Shown here piece after piece: positions 13,199 through 27,983 of a DNA stretch of 64,000 bases (positions are counted from its first letter, which is position 1; every line of letters starts with the position of its first letter). The notes beneath the pieces were generated by a model, which was not told the DNA's origin, searched no databases, and saw only the letters and a list, made by a program, of their open reading frames with translations. A program made the translations under genes and the position numbers. The DNA is taken from positions 496,001 through 560,000 of the forward strand of contig CM120641.1 in the NCBI GenBank assembly GCA_051362555.1, given 5' to 3'. Source of the stretch: Lingula anatina (Eukaryota; Animalia; Brachiopoda).

Positions 13199-14290
13199 TT
13201 AGGTGTCTTTTAAAAGAATGGACTCCGTATAACGATCAGAAGAACGATGAAAGCTGCTTCTTCCCTTTCTCCTGGAATGGCGGCCACAAAACGTCTCTCT
13301 GAGTAACTCTCGGAAACGCTTCCCGAACGCACAATAGATCAGAAAATTAACTGCCGAGTTGCATGTCACCATAAGATTACTTAACTCTCCCAAATATTTG
13401 TATCCAGTCTGTTCTGGATCCACAGCATACCATATCTGAGTTACAAGTGCCGGCAGCTGGCAAACAATGAACACGCACACCACTAAAATTAACATGAAGG
13501 TAATATTGGTTTCCGATGATGCCTGGTTTCTACTAGCAGCTCTTAGGGACTGTACGCTCATGATCCGTCGATCGGTGTTTGCCCTGTGAACAACCAGTAT
13601 TAAGTTGATGTTAAGAAAAATTAAAGTGGCTAGGGGGATCACAAAATTCACCAGGCAGTATAGGGCGAAGGTATAGACGTAATGGTAGTCCTGGTCTTCC
13701 TGCAGAGCAGTTGGAACTGATACCGGTTTCAGGGTAGTGGTAGTGGTATTGTCAACACACGTCAAGTCATACGATATATAAAATTCGAAAAATCGTGGCA
13801 AGTTGAAGAGAACGGAGATCAAAGAGACGGTCGCCGTGGCTATTTTGGCCTTGGAAATTGTTGACAAACTTCGGACGCGGTGAGGCATCTTAACAGCAAT
13901 GTATCGATCAACAGTTACAACAACTACCAGCCAAACGGCCGCTGTCTGGAAGGTCATTCCAAGCGGCCATATCCACGTGTCCATGATATAGCCTATCTCG
14001 CTGAAACATTTCAAAAGCCCAGTATTAGGATGAACAGTTGGTAACACCAACAGCAGGGCAATAATAAGAACAAGGTTGTCCATCACCGCCATGGCACGAA
14101 GCAGAAAAAATGTCACCGATCTTTTGGTATCCCGCATTAGAGTAAAAAAGGCTAACGTATTTCCAAGTAACCCCAGCAGACATAGGGGGGCCGTGATGTA
14201 GGCGTTCACCACGAACTGATAGAGGAGAAAATCTGGGTCTTCTCCAGCGATCTGGCTTAAGTTAGAACCCGTGCAATTAAGGGCGTCCAT
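13199..14290 (-). CDS. Rhodopsin-class neuropeptide GPCR, FMRFamide/sex-peptide-receptor-like (363 aa)
   Basis: Seven hydrophobic segments, GN in TM1, VDRYIAV, FNLPRFFE, VFIVCQLP, NSAVNFLIYC, N-terminal sequons NCT/NLS. CDS is uninterrupted; a splice acceptor at ~14363 (tcttttatttcag on minus) implies upstream non-coding exon(s). Confidence 0.93.
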   Translation of the reverse strand: MDALNCTGSNLSQIAGEDPDFLLYQFVVNAYITAPLCLLGLLGNTLAFFTLMRDTKRSVTFFLLRAMAVMDNLVLIIALLLVLPTVHPNTGLLKCFSEIGYIMDTWIWPLGMTFQTAAVWLVVVVTVDRYIAVKMPHRVRSLSTISKAKIATATVSLISVLFNLPRFFEFYISYDLTCVDNTTTTTLKPVSVPTALQEDQDYHYVYTFALYCLVNFVIPLATLIFLNINLILVVHRANTDRRIMSVQSLRAASRNQASSETNITFMLILVVCVFIVCQLPALVTQIWYAVDPEQTGYKYLGELSNLMVTCNSAVNFLIYCAFGKRFRELLRETFCGRHSRRKGRSSFHRSSDRYTESILLKDT

Positions 14291-14885
14291 TCTCTCGTGC
14301 GTCTTTAGTAAAACTTGTTCGGCAGGTGGTTAACGAGATGAGGATCCATACATTGATAGACTCTGAAATAAAAAGACATTTAATGATTTGTACATTTGTA
14401 ACTATCAAATTGCATGTGAACTCGTTACGAGCATGAATGATTCAACGCTTGGGTTATGAGTTATGCATGGAAAGATGATTATGAAACGGCGTAACAATAG
14501 GATTGATTACCAAGCATATAATACTATAGTAATCAGGTAAATTATGCATACTAATGACTTGCATTCGACTTTGTTGTCCGACTCCAACTTGTTTGTTTTC
14601 TAGATGCATTTCAAGTGAACTCATGTACCTTAACACATTTACATAACATAATACAAAAAAACAAAAACACACACGGCAAGCCACGCATAAACTCCATAAA
14701 GTTATTAAGTTACTCTTTATGTTTGTCACAGAAAAAAACGACGAAAGTGATCGCATTTTAACATGAGGAATGGTGTGGATTTGTATAACAACCGGCGCAG
14801 CATTCACTGAAAGGTGCATGTCCACCAATAAGTAAATATTTTACCCTTCAATAAAACAAAGACTGGCCTACCATGAGAATGGCAT

Positions 14886-14919
<34 letters not shown>

Positions 14920-17900
14920 GTGGGGGAAGCACAATTGAGTGTTCGTTGGTAAAATAAGACATTTGTTTTCTAGAAATAGTACTTTTAAGCTTAAAAGCAA
15001 CACCTCAAAGAGCTCCTCAGCCACGCTAGAATTCCACAGTGTCCGCTCATTCATTACATAGTAACTGACAAGTGTATGGGAAAGACAACGGTAATGATGC
15101 TTCCACTGTCAATAGGCAACAAGCACATCTTGAAAAAAAGAACGCTGGTTTGGGCGGTGTGGGAAAATGATTTATCACTTGGAAAAAAAACGAAAAGAAA
15201 TCTCTTTTGAGTCCTGTCGCCCCATATTTGATTCTTACGGACGTCTGCACTTTTAGAGCAAAAAGGAATACGAAACGTCGCCTTTTATGGTTTACTTGTC
15301 TAAAAAATAACAATCACATAAATATAGTTCTTGCCAAGCGTTGAACCTCGAGGAAAGCGCTTTTGTCAGCTTCATATGAAGTGTCATCCATGGCGAGTCG
15401 ACCGACTTTTTTTCAAGAACTTTCATTTTAAAATTGAGTATACGGTTGTACGCGACTACAAGTGTACCGTTAGTATTTAAATATTTTTTTAAAAATTCAA
15501 AGTGTGGCATTAAAATATCGCTCGAACCACCTTGACTAGGTCTTGCATGCATAATTTGATCCGTTCTTTTACTTAAAGAATGTATTATGATGATGGCAAC
15601 CGATGGACTAAACAAGGAAGGTTAAGAGTTGACATTGTCACTATAATGACAATTATAGTAAAAACGTAACCTGTAATCAAGAAAAAAATAAAATGTACCT
15701 AAAAAATAAACAAACCTGGTAATATAGTCTATACATTACATTTCCAAATATCAAACGCCATGGTTTTTCTACATTACAGGTATAACCCCCTCGAAGTCAA
15801 ATGGCGGCCTTCTTTATCTCTCTCTGCCACCCCTAGAACCCTCCGATACTGGAAGGATGCTTCTCGGATGCCATCTGGCCCCTTTGTAATGGCACACTTT
15901 GGTTACCCCCCTCTCCATCCCCCTCTCCCCCCCCACCCCAGGCCTCAAAACGTGTCACCCGGAACAAGATCATGAGGAGAAGAATGTCGTCACACTTCAG
16001 CAACCACCTGGCTGTTACCTTGCAGACACACCTCGTGGTCTAGAGACAGTGTAACTTCTTGGGCGTTATAGTATTTATTTCGGTATCTTTTAACGTTACC
16101 AACAGCACGTAAAGTACATATAGAAACGTGCTGCATGTTTTACTAATAAACGTGTGGTTTACACGTATAGTTCATTCTGCCAGCCCTCACGTTCTGTGGC
16201 AATAAAAACGATTTACTCTCGCCCACAAAGATGCATTTTCTTGTGTAGGATATCAATGTTTTAGCCTATTTGAACCTTCGATAATTAAGAAAATCTTATA
16301 TATAAACGCTTACCTGTACGTTGATACATATATCAAGAATAGATCCCAGTCACAATCTCTCCTATTGAATATCTTTATTTACGGATACATTAAACATTAG
16401 GTTTCCTGTGCTTTGTGATCTCTAAGGACACTTTTGAGCTACGCTTACCTTTGCTTTATTTTGTTTCCAACGCGTTTTTAGGCACTTCAACGGTTTCAGC
16501 GGTGGCGAAAGTTGTGACGTGAATGCATTTCTAGGAAGGCAAACACCATGCTCCAAAACTTCACACAGTTAGTCAGACCATGCGTATGGGAATGTTTGAA
16601 AAATTAGAACATACCTTGCGATATCCGCAGTTACCTGAAAGGCACGTCCCGAGACAAAAAGCACCCCATTTTTTACGTGACATAGATTCTTTCATTCCAT
16701 GCTCTCATCTCACCTTTTTCATCTGTGTACTCTGCTGTTTGTTCGGAACGATCAACGAAAATATATACTGCAGCTGAATGGGAATGTCGATATGGTGATG
16801 CATGATTATCTTTTCTTCCTGTATCCAATTGTTACCAAAAACTCAGAACGCAGTCTATCCCACTACTCATCTATCATCTGTCAACTTTCACCTGCCCTCA
16901 TCAATTTTCCAGTTGTGTTAAAAATTGCTCTTTTTGGATTTAGAAAATGTCAATGTCCTCGAAGTACCGTCCGATATACTGACACAAAACGATCTTCCTG
17001 GTTTGACTGAAGTTGCATGTACATCCCCATTAGAAGCCAGTCGTGTAACTTGTGTAACCAGAAACGAATGTCATTAATTTCCCTTCAACTCCCTCTATCG
17101 GAAGATTCTCAAGTTATAGTACAGGGAATCGAGGCAGCTCGAAACGCAAACATTGTTACGTTTTGTTTAATGCTACACTGAAAAAATAGTGACAAAAAGT
17201 AATGAGGGGTGTATCTGTTTTGCGGTCTTTCTGGGGATATTGAGAACTGTAATAGCAACAGTTACAAAGATGGATATCGTTACGTTATAGCCAAGGCCGG
17301 TAGGAGATTTCCATTTAGATGCCGCTCATGAAGTAATAGTGCATGGCACTAATGTGATCAATTCTGGGAAACAGAAGCACGAAATCGAATATGTAGCCAA
17401 TGTTTTGGCAGGCTAGACGCACAGAAGTGTTCAAATAAAAATGTTTAACCGATTTTGCCCTATCTGCCATGCCATTTGTGCACATACATGTAATGGGTTT
17501 ATTATGGGCCGAGAGCGGCGCTTTGACCAGTGATCTAAATACTCGGTTGATAACCCCAGCGTCTCTCGTTAACCCTTGAAGTGATCAAAATGCAAAGAAA
17601 ATGGCTTGAGATGTCTGGGAATGATCATTGTCTTCACTTTCGGCCCATAGAAAGTGACCGTCTTCTTTATATTTTTAAAAGTCATTCAGCCATTGGAACC
17701 GCTCCAGCGGAACCACATGCTACAGCTGAGAGAAGAGGTGATTCTCTAATAGATTCCGACACCAAGTGTGGATAAAACAGCAACTGCTACTTTTTTCAGG
17801 TTCCAGGGGTTTTAGTGAAAAGGGATTCGACTATGTAGGGTCTCCTCAAGCCAAAAATAATAATGCCTAAGTGAGTCTGTGCCCTGAAGTTCATAATTAA

Positions 17901-19567
17901 CTGGGAACCTGCCCCCCATAACGTCAGCATGCCCCTGCCAGAACCGACACAGCCCTGCTGATGACTTTAAGGTGGTTTTCACTGAATTGCGAAAGTGGCC
18001 GAAACCCAAGGTCATTAGATATAAGGGTTATGAAAATCTTGATACTTGACACAGAATCAGTCTAGTTGTTATGAAGACGTTTAGACTTGTACTGCATGCT
18101 GTTTATACATGTATCAGAGAGTATGACATGAAAACTTAGTGAATACTTCAAAGGCATTCAGATAGACAAGTGTCTCAGCAAAGAAAAATATTAACTTATG
18201 ACTTATCAGTAATTAATGTATCATCACCAAAACCTAATCACTTTTAAGTTAACCCTGTTCTGAACTATACTTAAAATTTCGTCAAAATACACCTTTTTTA
18301 AGCTAAGTTATTGGCGAACAACCAGAGGTGAAAACATTCTTGCCAGCGGTAGATGTGCGTATTTTCTTATCTTGGGCTACCGTTTTGTAATATAATGTTC
18401 TGCGCGACTTTTTATGCAGAATAAAAATGAATTAATTGATACCGATATCGACGAATTCATACAAAACGTAATTATACACAGCACTCATTTGTGATGGAAA
18501 TATTTACCATTTACCATTTTGATGTATAGACGTGAACCAAACAAAAATTAGAATCATCAATTTTTCAATGTTAACAATGATGTCTTATGGATTCATGTCA
18601 GTCACACGGTGTCAAACCATCATGTTAACTACCTGGTTTTGTGACAGGTAGGTACAGCATGCCAAGAGTTTGTTCATGACAGATACCTGTTGTCAGGTGT
18701 TTATAACGACTCCAAACAAATTTGAAGAAAATTGCAATTTGTTCTGAATGTAGTTCGTTGCCAATTTATCTCAAAATCTACATGATATAGCTGATAAACC
18801 ACTCAAGCACCAAAAGTTTCTCGGTTTGTGTTAAGATATTTTCAGATCCCATAAGTAGACATTAAGATACCTAGTGCGTCACCAGTCTTGGCGACATTGA
18901 GTAAGGTCGTGTTTTGATTAATTTGACACCAAAACACTGGTTTTGAATATATTCAAGTTCCCAATCTTTATTGAAATCAGAAGGGGGCTGGGGAGGGAGG
19001 GGGGGGGTGCCCAAAATGAATCTAACTCACACATCCCACGTCAGTTTCTAAGGGTACTTGCATCTCCTAATCAGTAAAACATTTCTAACAGCGGTATTAA
19101 TCATGTCAACCATAATTACTATTCACTTTGTCTCAGGTTTCGCTCAATTTGTGTGATTCACTCTCATGCTTCTTAGAACGTCACGGTGAGGAGACCGACA
19201 TTTTTGTCTTCAATGTAATTATTCTTGATAAGATTCATTTGTGTAAGATAAAAAATGCTGCCAGAACGATCACTTAAAATTGCAGCAGCGAGCAAATGTA
19301 ATTTTTTCCCAAGAATAAGAAATACTGCCCATCTTTCCTAACATTTGGACAAAATGTTTTCTCATTTCAAACTAGAATGTGTCACATAATATTGACGTGG
19401 ATTTCTCTGGTATCAAAAAGCATTAATTTTGATTATCAACAAAGAAGGAATGCATATTTTTGCCACAAGCAAGTAATTTCTTTCTGACAAAAACTATTAA
19501 CTCGCTTCGTTTTGAAATGAAATGCACACAGAACCCAGGAAAATGTCAACGAAATCTTACATAGGCC

Positions 19568-19845
19568 TTTATTACCTCCGCCAAGGAGGTAATGTTTTCA
19601 CCGCTGTTTGTTTGTTTGACTGTCATCAACATAACTCAGAATGTTATGGACCGATTTTGATGAAATTTTCAGAAACTGTCAGAAGTGAGCCAAGGAACAG
19701 ATGGTTAGTTTTTGGTGGTGATCCGTATCAATAATCAATCAATAATCAATAATAAAAAATATTGAAAATTTAGGGGTGAAAAGGCATTGGATGGAGACTT
19801 TGCTGCCTCGGCGGAGGTCTGCGCTCTCTGAGTGCTTTTCTAGTT
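19568..19845 (+). mobile_element. Short Helentron/DINE-like non-autonomous element
   Basis: 5' ttacctccgccaaggagg hairpin/subTIR, (GTTT)n tract, 3' subTIR cctcggcggagg, stem-loop, ctag end, T-rich flanks. Confidence 0.75.
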
Positions 19846-20339
19846 TTGTTTCTACAATAGCACACGCTCTGGTGATTTCAGCAAGTTTGACGGCCATTTG
19901 TGAGCCAAATTGATGTTTCTCTTTCGTTTTTACTGCCTTATTTACAAAATATCTCACCTGTGCAGGTAAATGCCGTCCCTACCTAGCGGAGCACTTCCGC
20001 AGATTCACAATTTTCCAAATTTCTTCTCCACATACTTTTGGCTCGTGATAATAACGGTGCTTTTTTATCATTTCAAAATCGGAATATTTACACAGTATCG
20101 TACTAAGCAATTACGAGAAAATAATTTTTCTGACAGATATTGGATTTCTTATTTCCCTAAAGACATCCGTTATACAGTGTTGCATCTTTGTTGCAAAAAA
20201 TGATTAAAACTCCCTGGGTAACAGAACAGGAAGCTACCACTGCTGTAAATTTGGATTAAACTCATGATTTCCTAGTGGAACCATACAAACACACATTGAC
20301 TTTATCAGAAGAAAATAGCTTAATTTGACCCCCATCTAC

Positions 20340-20379
<40 letters not shown>

Positions 20380-22882
20380 CACACACAAACACACACTATC
20401 AAGATGCCTAGATTACCAAAGTAACTTTGTCCCCAAGAAACAGCTGTATGATCATATTTACGAAGCAACTGATACTTACATTTATAAATTAACTGATATG
20501 TTGTAAAACATTGTGACTGCAAGGACAACTCTTTTGCGTTTTACAAAACGCATCAAAACCAAAATCAACGCAGGTTAACTTGACAAAAATATCTTATATG
20601 GTTGTTGGGTAGTGTTGAGGAGATTTGGGAAGGGGAAAAAAAGGGGGGATTTGCCATTACCTTTGCGTGAATACTTTTCCTTATTAAAACAATTGATCGC
20701 TAACCAAATGACCACACTTTGCACGCTCTCGGTTTAAGCACACATAGAGAAGGTTAGCCAGTCACTGATAATTGAGCAAAATTCCCTCAGACAAGTCATT
20801 ATCTTTTACACTCCATCTTCTTGACTAGTCTGTCCAATTGATTAGTCCAAACTCCCCGATGACCTGAAACTGAAGTTCTTCTAAATTGTATAAATGAGCA
20901 TGTAATAAACATCAGCGCAAAACCCCGCAAGACTTTAATGGCAATGGTCAACTTCCTCATTATCTATTGTATATAACATCTTCTCAAGGAGGAAGTAATA
21001 AGAAGGAACTGGATTGCCTTAACAACCATTTGCCACTAATATGCGAATACTAAAATTTGTCTCCAGAGGATCGCTTCCAATAATTGCGATTCACCCCAAG
21101 ATACATTCAAACCTAGTTTCTTAAACAATGCCGCCAACTTTGTTACATGGTATTTATAAGAAGAGGGGGGCCGCCCAAATCCCTGCCCGCCTTCTTGAAA
21201 ATAATTAATAAATAAAAATGATTGGAGAAAAAACAGTGGACACACTTGCTTCATATTCTTCGAGATCCTCTAAATTACTCAAAACTTAAAAATACATAAC
21301 AGTAAAATGGAAACAATGAAGGCCTAACTTACACTTTGCTGTTTTCCATATCATGCTTTTCTTAATAATTTGACACAATGGGTATAGAATTTAATAGATC
21401 CTTCGTTTTTATCTTACAATATTTATTTGGCATTCTCCAACAGGCAAGAATAATCTAACATGACTGCCCGCTCTTCATTCCCGGAACTGGTTTTCTTCTC
21501 TGCTCCGATCTCTATCAATAATGGGACGTTTTTATCTAGAAATTTCCCAACTAGGGATAATAAAGAAATAGCATCAATGTACGAATAACCCCCAAATCTC
21601 TTTATGTGGACCACATATCTGGTGGAAAAATGCATTAGTCCAGTGAATACGTCTGTTGGTTTGTTAAATTGATCTTTCATATGCATTTGCAGGCTAATCA
21701 CGTGGATGTTGGCGGCTACAAAATGAACAAACATCTCTAGAAATTTTGACGTGTTTATTTTCATTACAATCGCATGACCAGTAGATATCTTCTTAAACTG
21801 AATTGAACCTTGCGGAAGCACAAAGTAATTAAGATGTATACTTGTCATTGTAGAATGCAATTAACACTGGCCAAGCTGGTGCGTAAATCGGTAGAAAGTA
21901 ACTGTTTTCCAGTCCTCTTGAATATTATTGCAAATGTCGTTATGCACATGCAGCGAATGCGTATGTGTGTTTTACAGATGGTTGCATTTGGTAGCAATAG
22001 TGAATGTCGGACACAGGATAGGCCCTATATGCTAAAATTGTTTTGGGTATTTTGCAGTATTAGTTTGTGAAATACATTTAGCGTGTATTTTTTCTCTCCT
22101 GTTAGATTTAGTATTGAGCCTTAATCTTCCATTTTGTTTGGAGGTGAGGGGGGGGATAAATAAGTTTTAGCTACGAAAGTAATAGTCTCTTGTTTTATGT
22201 CTATTCCTTAAATGAATCTGTAATTGGAATTCTATCTCTGCGCTAATATACAAAGCTATCATATGACCATTACCTACATACTGACTTAAATATTGATACC
22301 AGGGAAGACTGACAATTTACTCTTTGATATTTCTAATAAGTAATGAAAAAAATGCAAAAGAAGAAGGTAACAGACATCGGTCTAGGCTTGATTTATATTA
22401 AATCACAGAAGACTTAGTCCCTCATTCCAGAGAAAATTACATTTTAATACCAGGGGTAATCCCGTTCTGATTGGTTACTAGCGAGCCCAGTTTGCGGGGT
22501 CATGTGCAGATGAGGATTGAATTAAGTCAGCGATGACATGCGACTTGAAATTGGACTTGCTTGTATTGAATGGGCGGTCCCTTCGAGTTCAATGTGATAT
22601 GGGATTTGAATAAGAAAAATTACACTTACAAATTTCCTGAGGTAAACAAACCAAGCCAATGTGTTGATTTACATGTACAAACCAGCAAAAGAAGCAAACT
22701 ACGCTTTTTGTTTCGCTTCTTTTAAGTCTTTAAAAAATTAATTTTGTCGTCAGTCACTGACAACATCAACATTAGCCTTTCCAAACATAGCGGGACATTT
22801 GCTAATGTAAGTGTAACCCCCAATTAAGGATGCAAAATGATGACTATACATGTATAGTCCCGTGTCAAGTACAAGATCCATG

Positions 22883-23119
22883 CAGTGGCGAATTTAGAGG
22901 GGGGGGGGTCAGGGGTGTCGGGGTGTGTGTGTGTCCTGACCCCTCTTTCGATTTCTGGTCCCCTCTTGAAATTAGTATTTTTACTAGCTGAATCATAGTT
23001 CTTAACCGTACTAAAAATATTCAGGGCCCGCTGAAGGGCCCCGAACCCCACGCCAAGGGGGGGGGGGGTCGGCTTTGGATCCGCGGACCCCCCTTCAAAT
23101 AATCTTGAATCCGCCCCTG
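22883..23119. mobile_element. CAGTGGCG-family MITE copy
   Basis: Termini cagtggcgaattt / gaatccgcccctg; flanks gatccatg / ggtccatg (8-bp, hAT-like TSD with 1 mismatch). Confidence 0.75.
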
Positions 23120-25624
23120 GGTCCATGGGTGTGAGTGGATCATTTTTATAAAACCATCGTTACATATATCCCATCATGATATCAATTAGAAGTATCAATC
23201 AGCGACGTACTTGCATGTAGGTTTCAAGGAAAGATCAAAACGCTATCATTTTGGACTGCTTAATTTTTAAATCTCATCTCGGACTCACCTACGTTAACGC
23301 TAGGACCTCGTGTGTTTGTACGCCACCCTTTACTAAAACCACATGTACAGATTGGTTGTTACTACATATTCACAGATATGTATCTGGATAATTCTGTACA
23401 ATATTCTGTAGAAGGCAAAGGAATCCATTTGTATAGTACATGTATTAAAATACAACATTAGTATTGTTGCATTCTCATAACTATTTCTTTCAGATCTACA
23501 ATGACGTCTGTTACAATTATTTTTTCGTTGCATCTAGCTAAGATTACAAAAACACTTGTCCAAAGTTAGATAATTATCTGGTGTCTGGTCTTACCTGGGA
23601 TCTGAAGGAATAGAAGACTCTCGGGTGTCGGTTACCTGGGGAAATCACGGTAATTAGCAAGAATAAGAATGATGGGTCTAAGCATGGACAAATGACTTAT
23701 ACTGTTTTCTACAGTGTCTGAGTATGATCCCTGGAAAATGGCGGAAAATTGATGATAATACGTTTGACAAGTACATAAATAATTTAAGAGAAATATAAGG
23801 TTAAAGATAGTCTGTCAGAAGTTTCAAGCCAAATCTAATTTCTTCCAGAAATACGCAATTTTCCCTACCCGGGAATTAAGGCTCAAGCCGTCCCTTGACT
23901 TGAATGGGATGTTTTGAGCCACTTTTCGTTAAATTATTAATTCTAAATAACTCCACAGTCATTTATACCGCTATGTTTCCCTAACATTTAAGAAGGAAGT
24001 ATGGACATCAGGTGGTGTTATTTGAGATTCCGCAATCTATATACCATCTTTAAATCATTAGGAAAATTCGATTTTGGTTGTAACTGAATTAGCATCACTT
24101 AGGTTCAGACCCGTAAAACACTTCAAGAGTCGTTTCTATTTATACACAGTGCCAATTGCAGGAGAAATTTAAAAGCACAGCTTTGTCTCTGGCTGTCAGA
24201 AATGCAGGGCAGTCGTAGCGTGTAAGGTGTATTGTTTACCGTATTATGAAGAATGCAATAAGAGATAAAAACAAAAACAGTTTAAATAAAAAAGTCGTTG
24301 AAAAAAGTTAATGTTTAACTTTGGGAACCCTCCTTGTTTTCTGAGCCTTAGGTCCTACGCACGCCAACTTCTTAATTGCCTACATGTAGATCTGGCATCC
24401 TCCTTCACGCACCGTTACTACCCTACATAAGTTAACGATGTGGTGATCGAAGTAACGGTTTGGGGGAGAAACGATCCCATGATAAAATTATCTCTACTGG
24501 GGGTGGACGGGAGAAGGTGGGGGGGGGGTGTTGGATATGGACACATAGAAAAAATGACTTTGAGGATTTTTCAGACGCGTTCCTGATACTTTTTACAGAT
24601 CTGTCAAACATTATTTTTGTGATCGGCGCGGTAAACTTCAAATAAATTAGATGCGACATGTATAGAAATTTACAAACGAAAAGCTGAGCGGTCGCGGTTC
24701 AGGCTAACAGAATAAAGTTACTCGTAAAATTATGATATTATATCAGAACCAGTAGACCTATAACCAGTATTTTACATACGCTATGCTGTGCACATGAAAT
24801 TTACAGATGAAACGAAGAGTCCAAGCTAAGTATTTCCAGCACGTTTACCTTAACGTTGAGCCAATCAATGTTGTATAAATAAATATGACATATCTAGTTT
24901 GCTAAAATCGACCAAATTACCATAGGAGATAATTATTTTGAATAATTTTGATTCTCCAATTTACTACTTCCAAGCAGGGATCACTCAAGACAGTCAAAAG
25001 ATAGTCAAGCGAAATAACGACAGTCTAGCGACGGCACAACGAAGAAGAATTGATTTTTTTAAAATAAAAAATCCTTATCAATTTTTCTGGTGTTTTTTTT
25101 CCTAGAGGGACAACGCTTTTTATTTGAAAGTACATAAACAACTTACCTGAACATGAAAACTAATAATTTTTGATAATTTTTAACAGATAAGGTCCATAGA
25201 TAAATTTTGCCAAAATAATCCAAATTAACAGCTCTGGATTAACCCCGCCCCTGTCAGACATCTTTTTGAATCGCGCGCGTAACCTTTGCTTCTTCACTTT
25301 CGGCCTTACATCCGGGTACTTACCGCAAGTAAGGCTAATACTCTGTGTTACGTACTCACGAGGCTATATAAGGTTTATATATCCATGTTCTGGAAAACTG
25401 TGTCTTCCGTCGCACCTTCTACAATATACAATGTAATTAGCATTTTTCAAGTTTTTTTTTTTAATCAGTTCACTCACCAGTTTGATAACCTTTTATATCT
25501 TTTTGGATGAAATAACGCCAGGCATTCGTGCATCCTCAGTCAGTGCTTCCATTTACGCGCTAATTGTAAAAAGTCACGAAGGTAAGTGTAACACAGGGTG
25601 TGTTGGGACCTTATCGGCGTATTT

Positions 25625-25675
25625 CACGTGCAGGTACCGAAAACTGAGGCAAGCGGAATCCGGAAGTCAGTATTC
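25625..25675 (+). promoter_or_regulatory. Putative promoter of the DSL/Gla/EGF gene
   Basis: Locally CpG-rich; E-box CACGTG (25625-25630), ETS site CCGGAAGT (25660-25667) overlapping an Inr-like TCAGT; strong donor gtaagt at 25861 would close a non-coding exon 1. Confidence 0.5.
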
Positions 25676-27709
25676 GACCTCCTTGACGGCCTTTTTAATT
25701 TCCCCAGATTTGTTAGTCAGTAAAGAGGGATTTAAAGTTGATTATTCTGAGATAAATATCAAGGATAATTCCCACTGAAGTGCTGCAGATCGTATGAAAT
25801 AATCTTAACTGACTTACCATAGTTTATTCTTATTATTCAACTCCTAACTTTCAGATTTACGTAAGTATCCAGGCAATTTATGACCGTTATAAACCTCGTT
25901 ATAATCATTAGATGTTTCATGGGATTTACACATATTCTGGGGAGAACAAATTTCAAAATCTCATAAATTGCAACATGAATTTACTAAATCAGCAAAATGC
26001 ATGTTATTCACTGTAAGCCTGCGTAATTATAGGGATACTAAATATGATTTAGGTTTGACTTGATCGGTGTTCATTTTTGTCTCGGATGAATTCTAATAAA
26101 ACTGATTAAATAAAATGTTTTCATAAATATCTGGAAAATTAACTGACTACCAACTCCCTTTAGGCCATGTGTGTCCAAGCTTGTGGAACTTGCATTTCGT
26201 CTATTTTAACGTACAATATATCCAACTGAGGGAAAGAACATTTGTATTTGCAGGATATGTTACAATAACAATTCTATAATCATTTACAAAAAATGGTATT
26301 GGCCAACTTATCATAGATCAATGTTGAAGTCCTTGAAATTAATTACAAGCATACAAATGTCCAGTGCTAGTAGCTCACTAAATCCACCATGAATGTAATT
26401 CATACATTAAAGTTAAAGTTGTTTTAGAGAAAAAAAAATTGATACTGAATGTGCATCCAATACGTACCTGTCCAAGTATATCTGTACACCTGTCCATGCA
26501 TTTAGCAAGGAGGCAGAAATTAAGGTAAGATCTGGGAACAGGAGGATAGTTATAAAATATTACAATGGACAGCTCCTACCTGGTCTTGGTTGCACTACAT
26601 GTGTAGCTACATGTATCACTTGCTTTGATGTTATCCTTGTCGTAAAGCAGGTTTTTATTACCAAGCTGCATGTCAGAAACAAAGTTAGTGGATTAATATT
26701 GGCATTGTTTCCTTGTTTTTTCATAACTCCTTATAATCTGCTGGTCTGCTCTCCCAGGTCCATCAATTATCAAACATGCCTGCTTGTAGTATGTGTATTC
26801 ACATTTATTGTTTGCCCCCCAGTGACCAAGCTGTACATGTTCTAGTTGTTCAATGCATCAGTAGATGTCTGTGATATGAATACATATATATACTCACCAT
26901 GAGCTGAGGGAACTGTGCTTTCTTGCTTGGTTAACACTGTACACAGCACTGGCTCAATACACTGTTTTTATAGACCTTGGGTTTAAATAGTAATGTCTAA
27001 AAAAAAAGAAAAAAAAAAGCAGATTTAGTCATTTCTTACTATACTGTTCATGTTGTAAATGATTGATGATATCTGAAATGGTTTTGATGTACACAGTACA
27101 TGTATATGCAAGGAAGTTACTGTTAAGAAAAAACACTTGTTTTTAAAGGGACTAATTATGTGATTGTCAATTTCTTAAAAGATACTAATTTTCTCTTCAG
27201 TGAGCCTAATTACACTTGTTGTCATAGGGTGCATTGCATCCAGAAGTAACAACATTACAACCCTGCTCAAAATTTGAATAGTGTCTACTTGGTAACACTT
27301 CACTTTGCTTAAGCCATCCAAGGAACAATTATGCATGCCACTTAAGAAGGAACTTAAGGCATTTTAGAGTTCTGAAATAAATGGCATGGTGGTTGGAAAT
27401 AATGATTACTTAAATATTATTGTAGAAGCCAGAAAACTATATTTCTAAATTGTACATTTTGCACACAAGAACCCTGTAAAGTGTCTCTTTAACACCACAT
27501 ATAATATGATGGTTCTTTGTAGGAAGCAATGCATGCGTCATGGGCAATATTTAAAAGGGTGCTATATCCTCTTACTGCGGGGGAGTGGGGTTTGGGGAAT
27601 TACACACACATTTTATATATTTATTAAAGGGCCGTGTAGGCCAGTCTAAGTTCAATTGGAGTGAAAGTGAAAAAACGTCATCTGATATTTCATATCCTGT
27701 TCAGCCATG

Positions 27710-27983
27710 CAGTGGCGGATCAAGGGGGGGACAGGGGGGGTCCTGACCCCCCCCCCCCTTTTAATTTCTGAAAACTAATAATCCCCTCTTGAAATTAGAA
27801 TTTGACCAGCTGAATCATAGTTCTAAACTATATATACCAAAGGCACCATTCACCTTCTAAAATACCAACATTTTTTCTGGCCCCTCAGCAGGTCTGTACC
27901 CCACACGAGGGGGGGGGGGGGGGGAGCTTCGCATCCGCATTCCCCCCCCCCCCCCCCCTGAAATAATTCTGGATCCACCCCTG
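27710..27983. mobile_element. CAGTGGCG-family MITE copy
   Basis: Termini cagtggcggatc / ggatccacccctg; interior similar to the 22883 copy (cccctcttgaaattag...agctgaatcatagttct). Confidence 0.75.
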
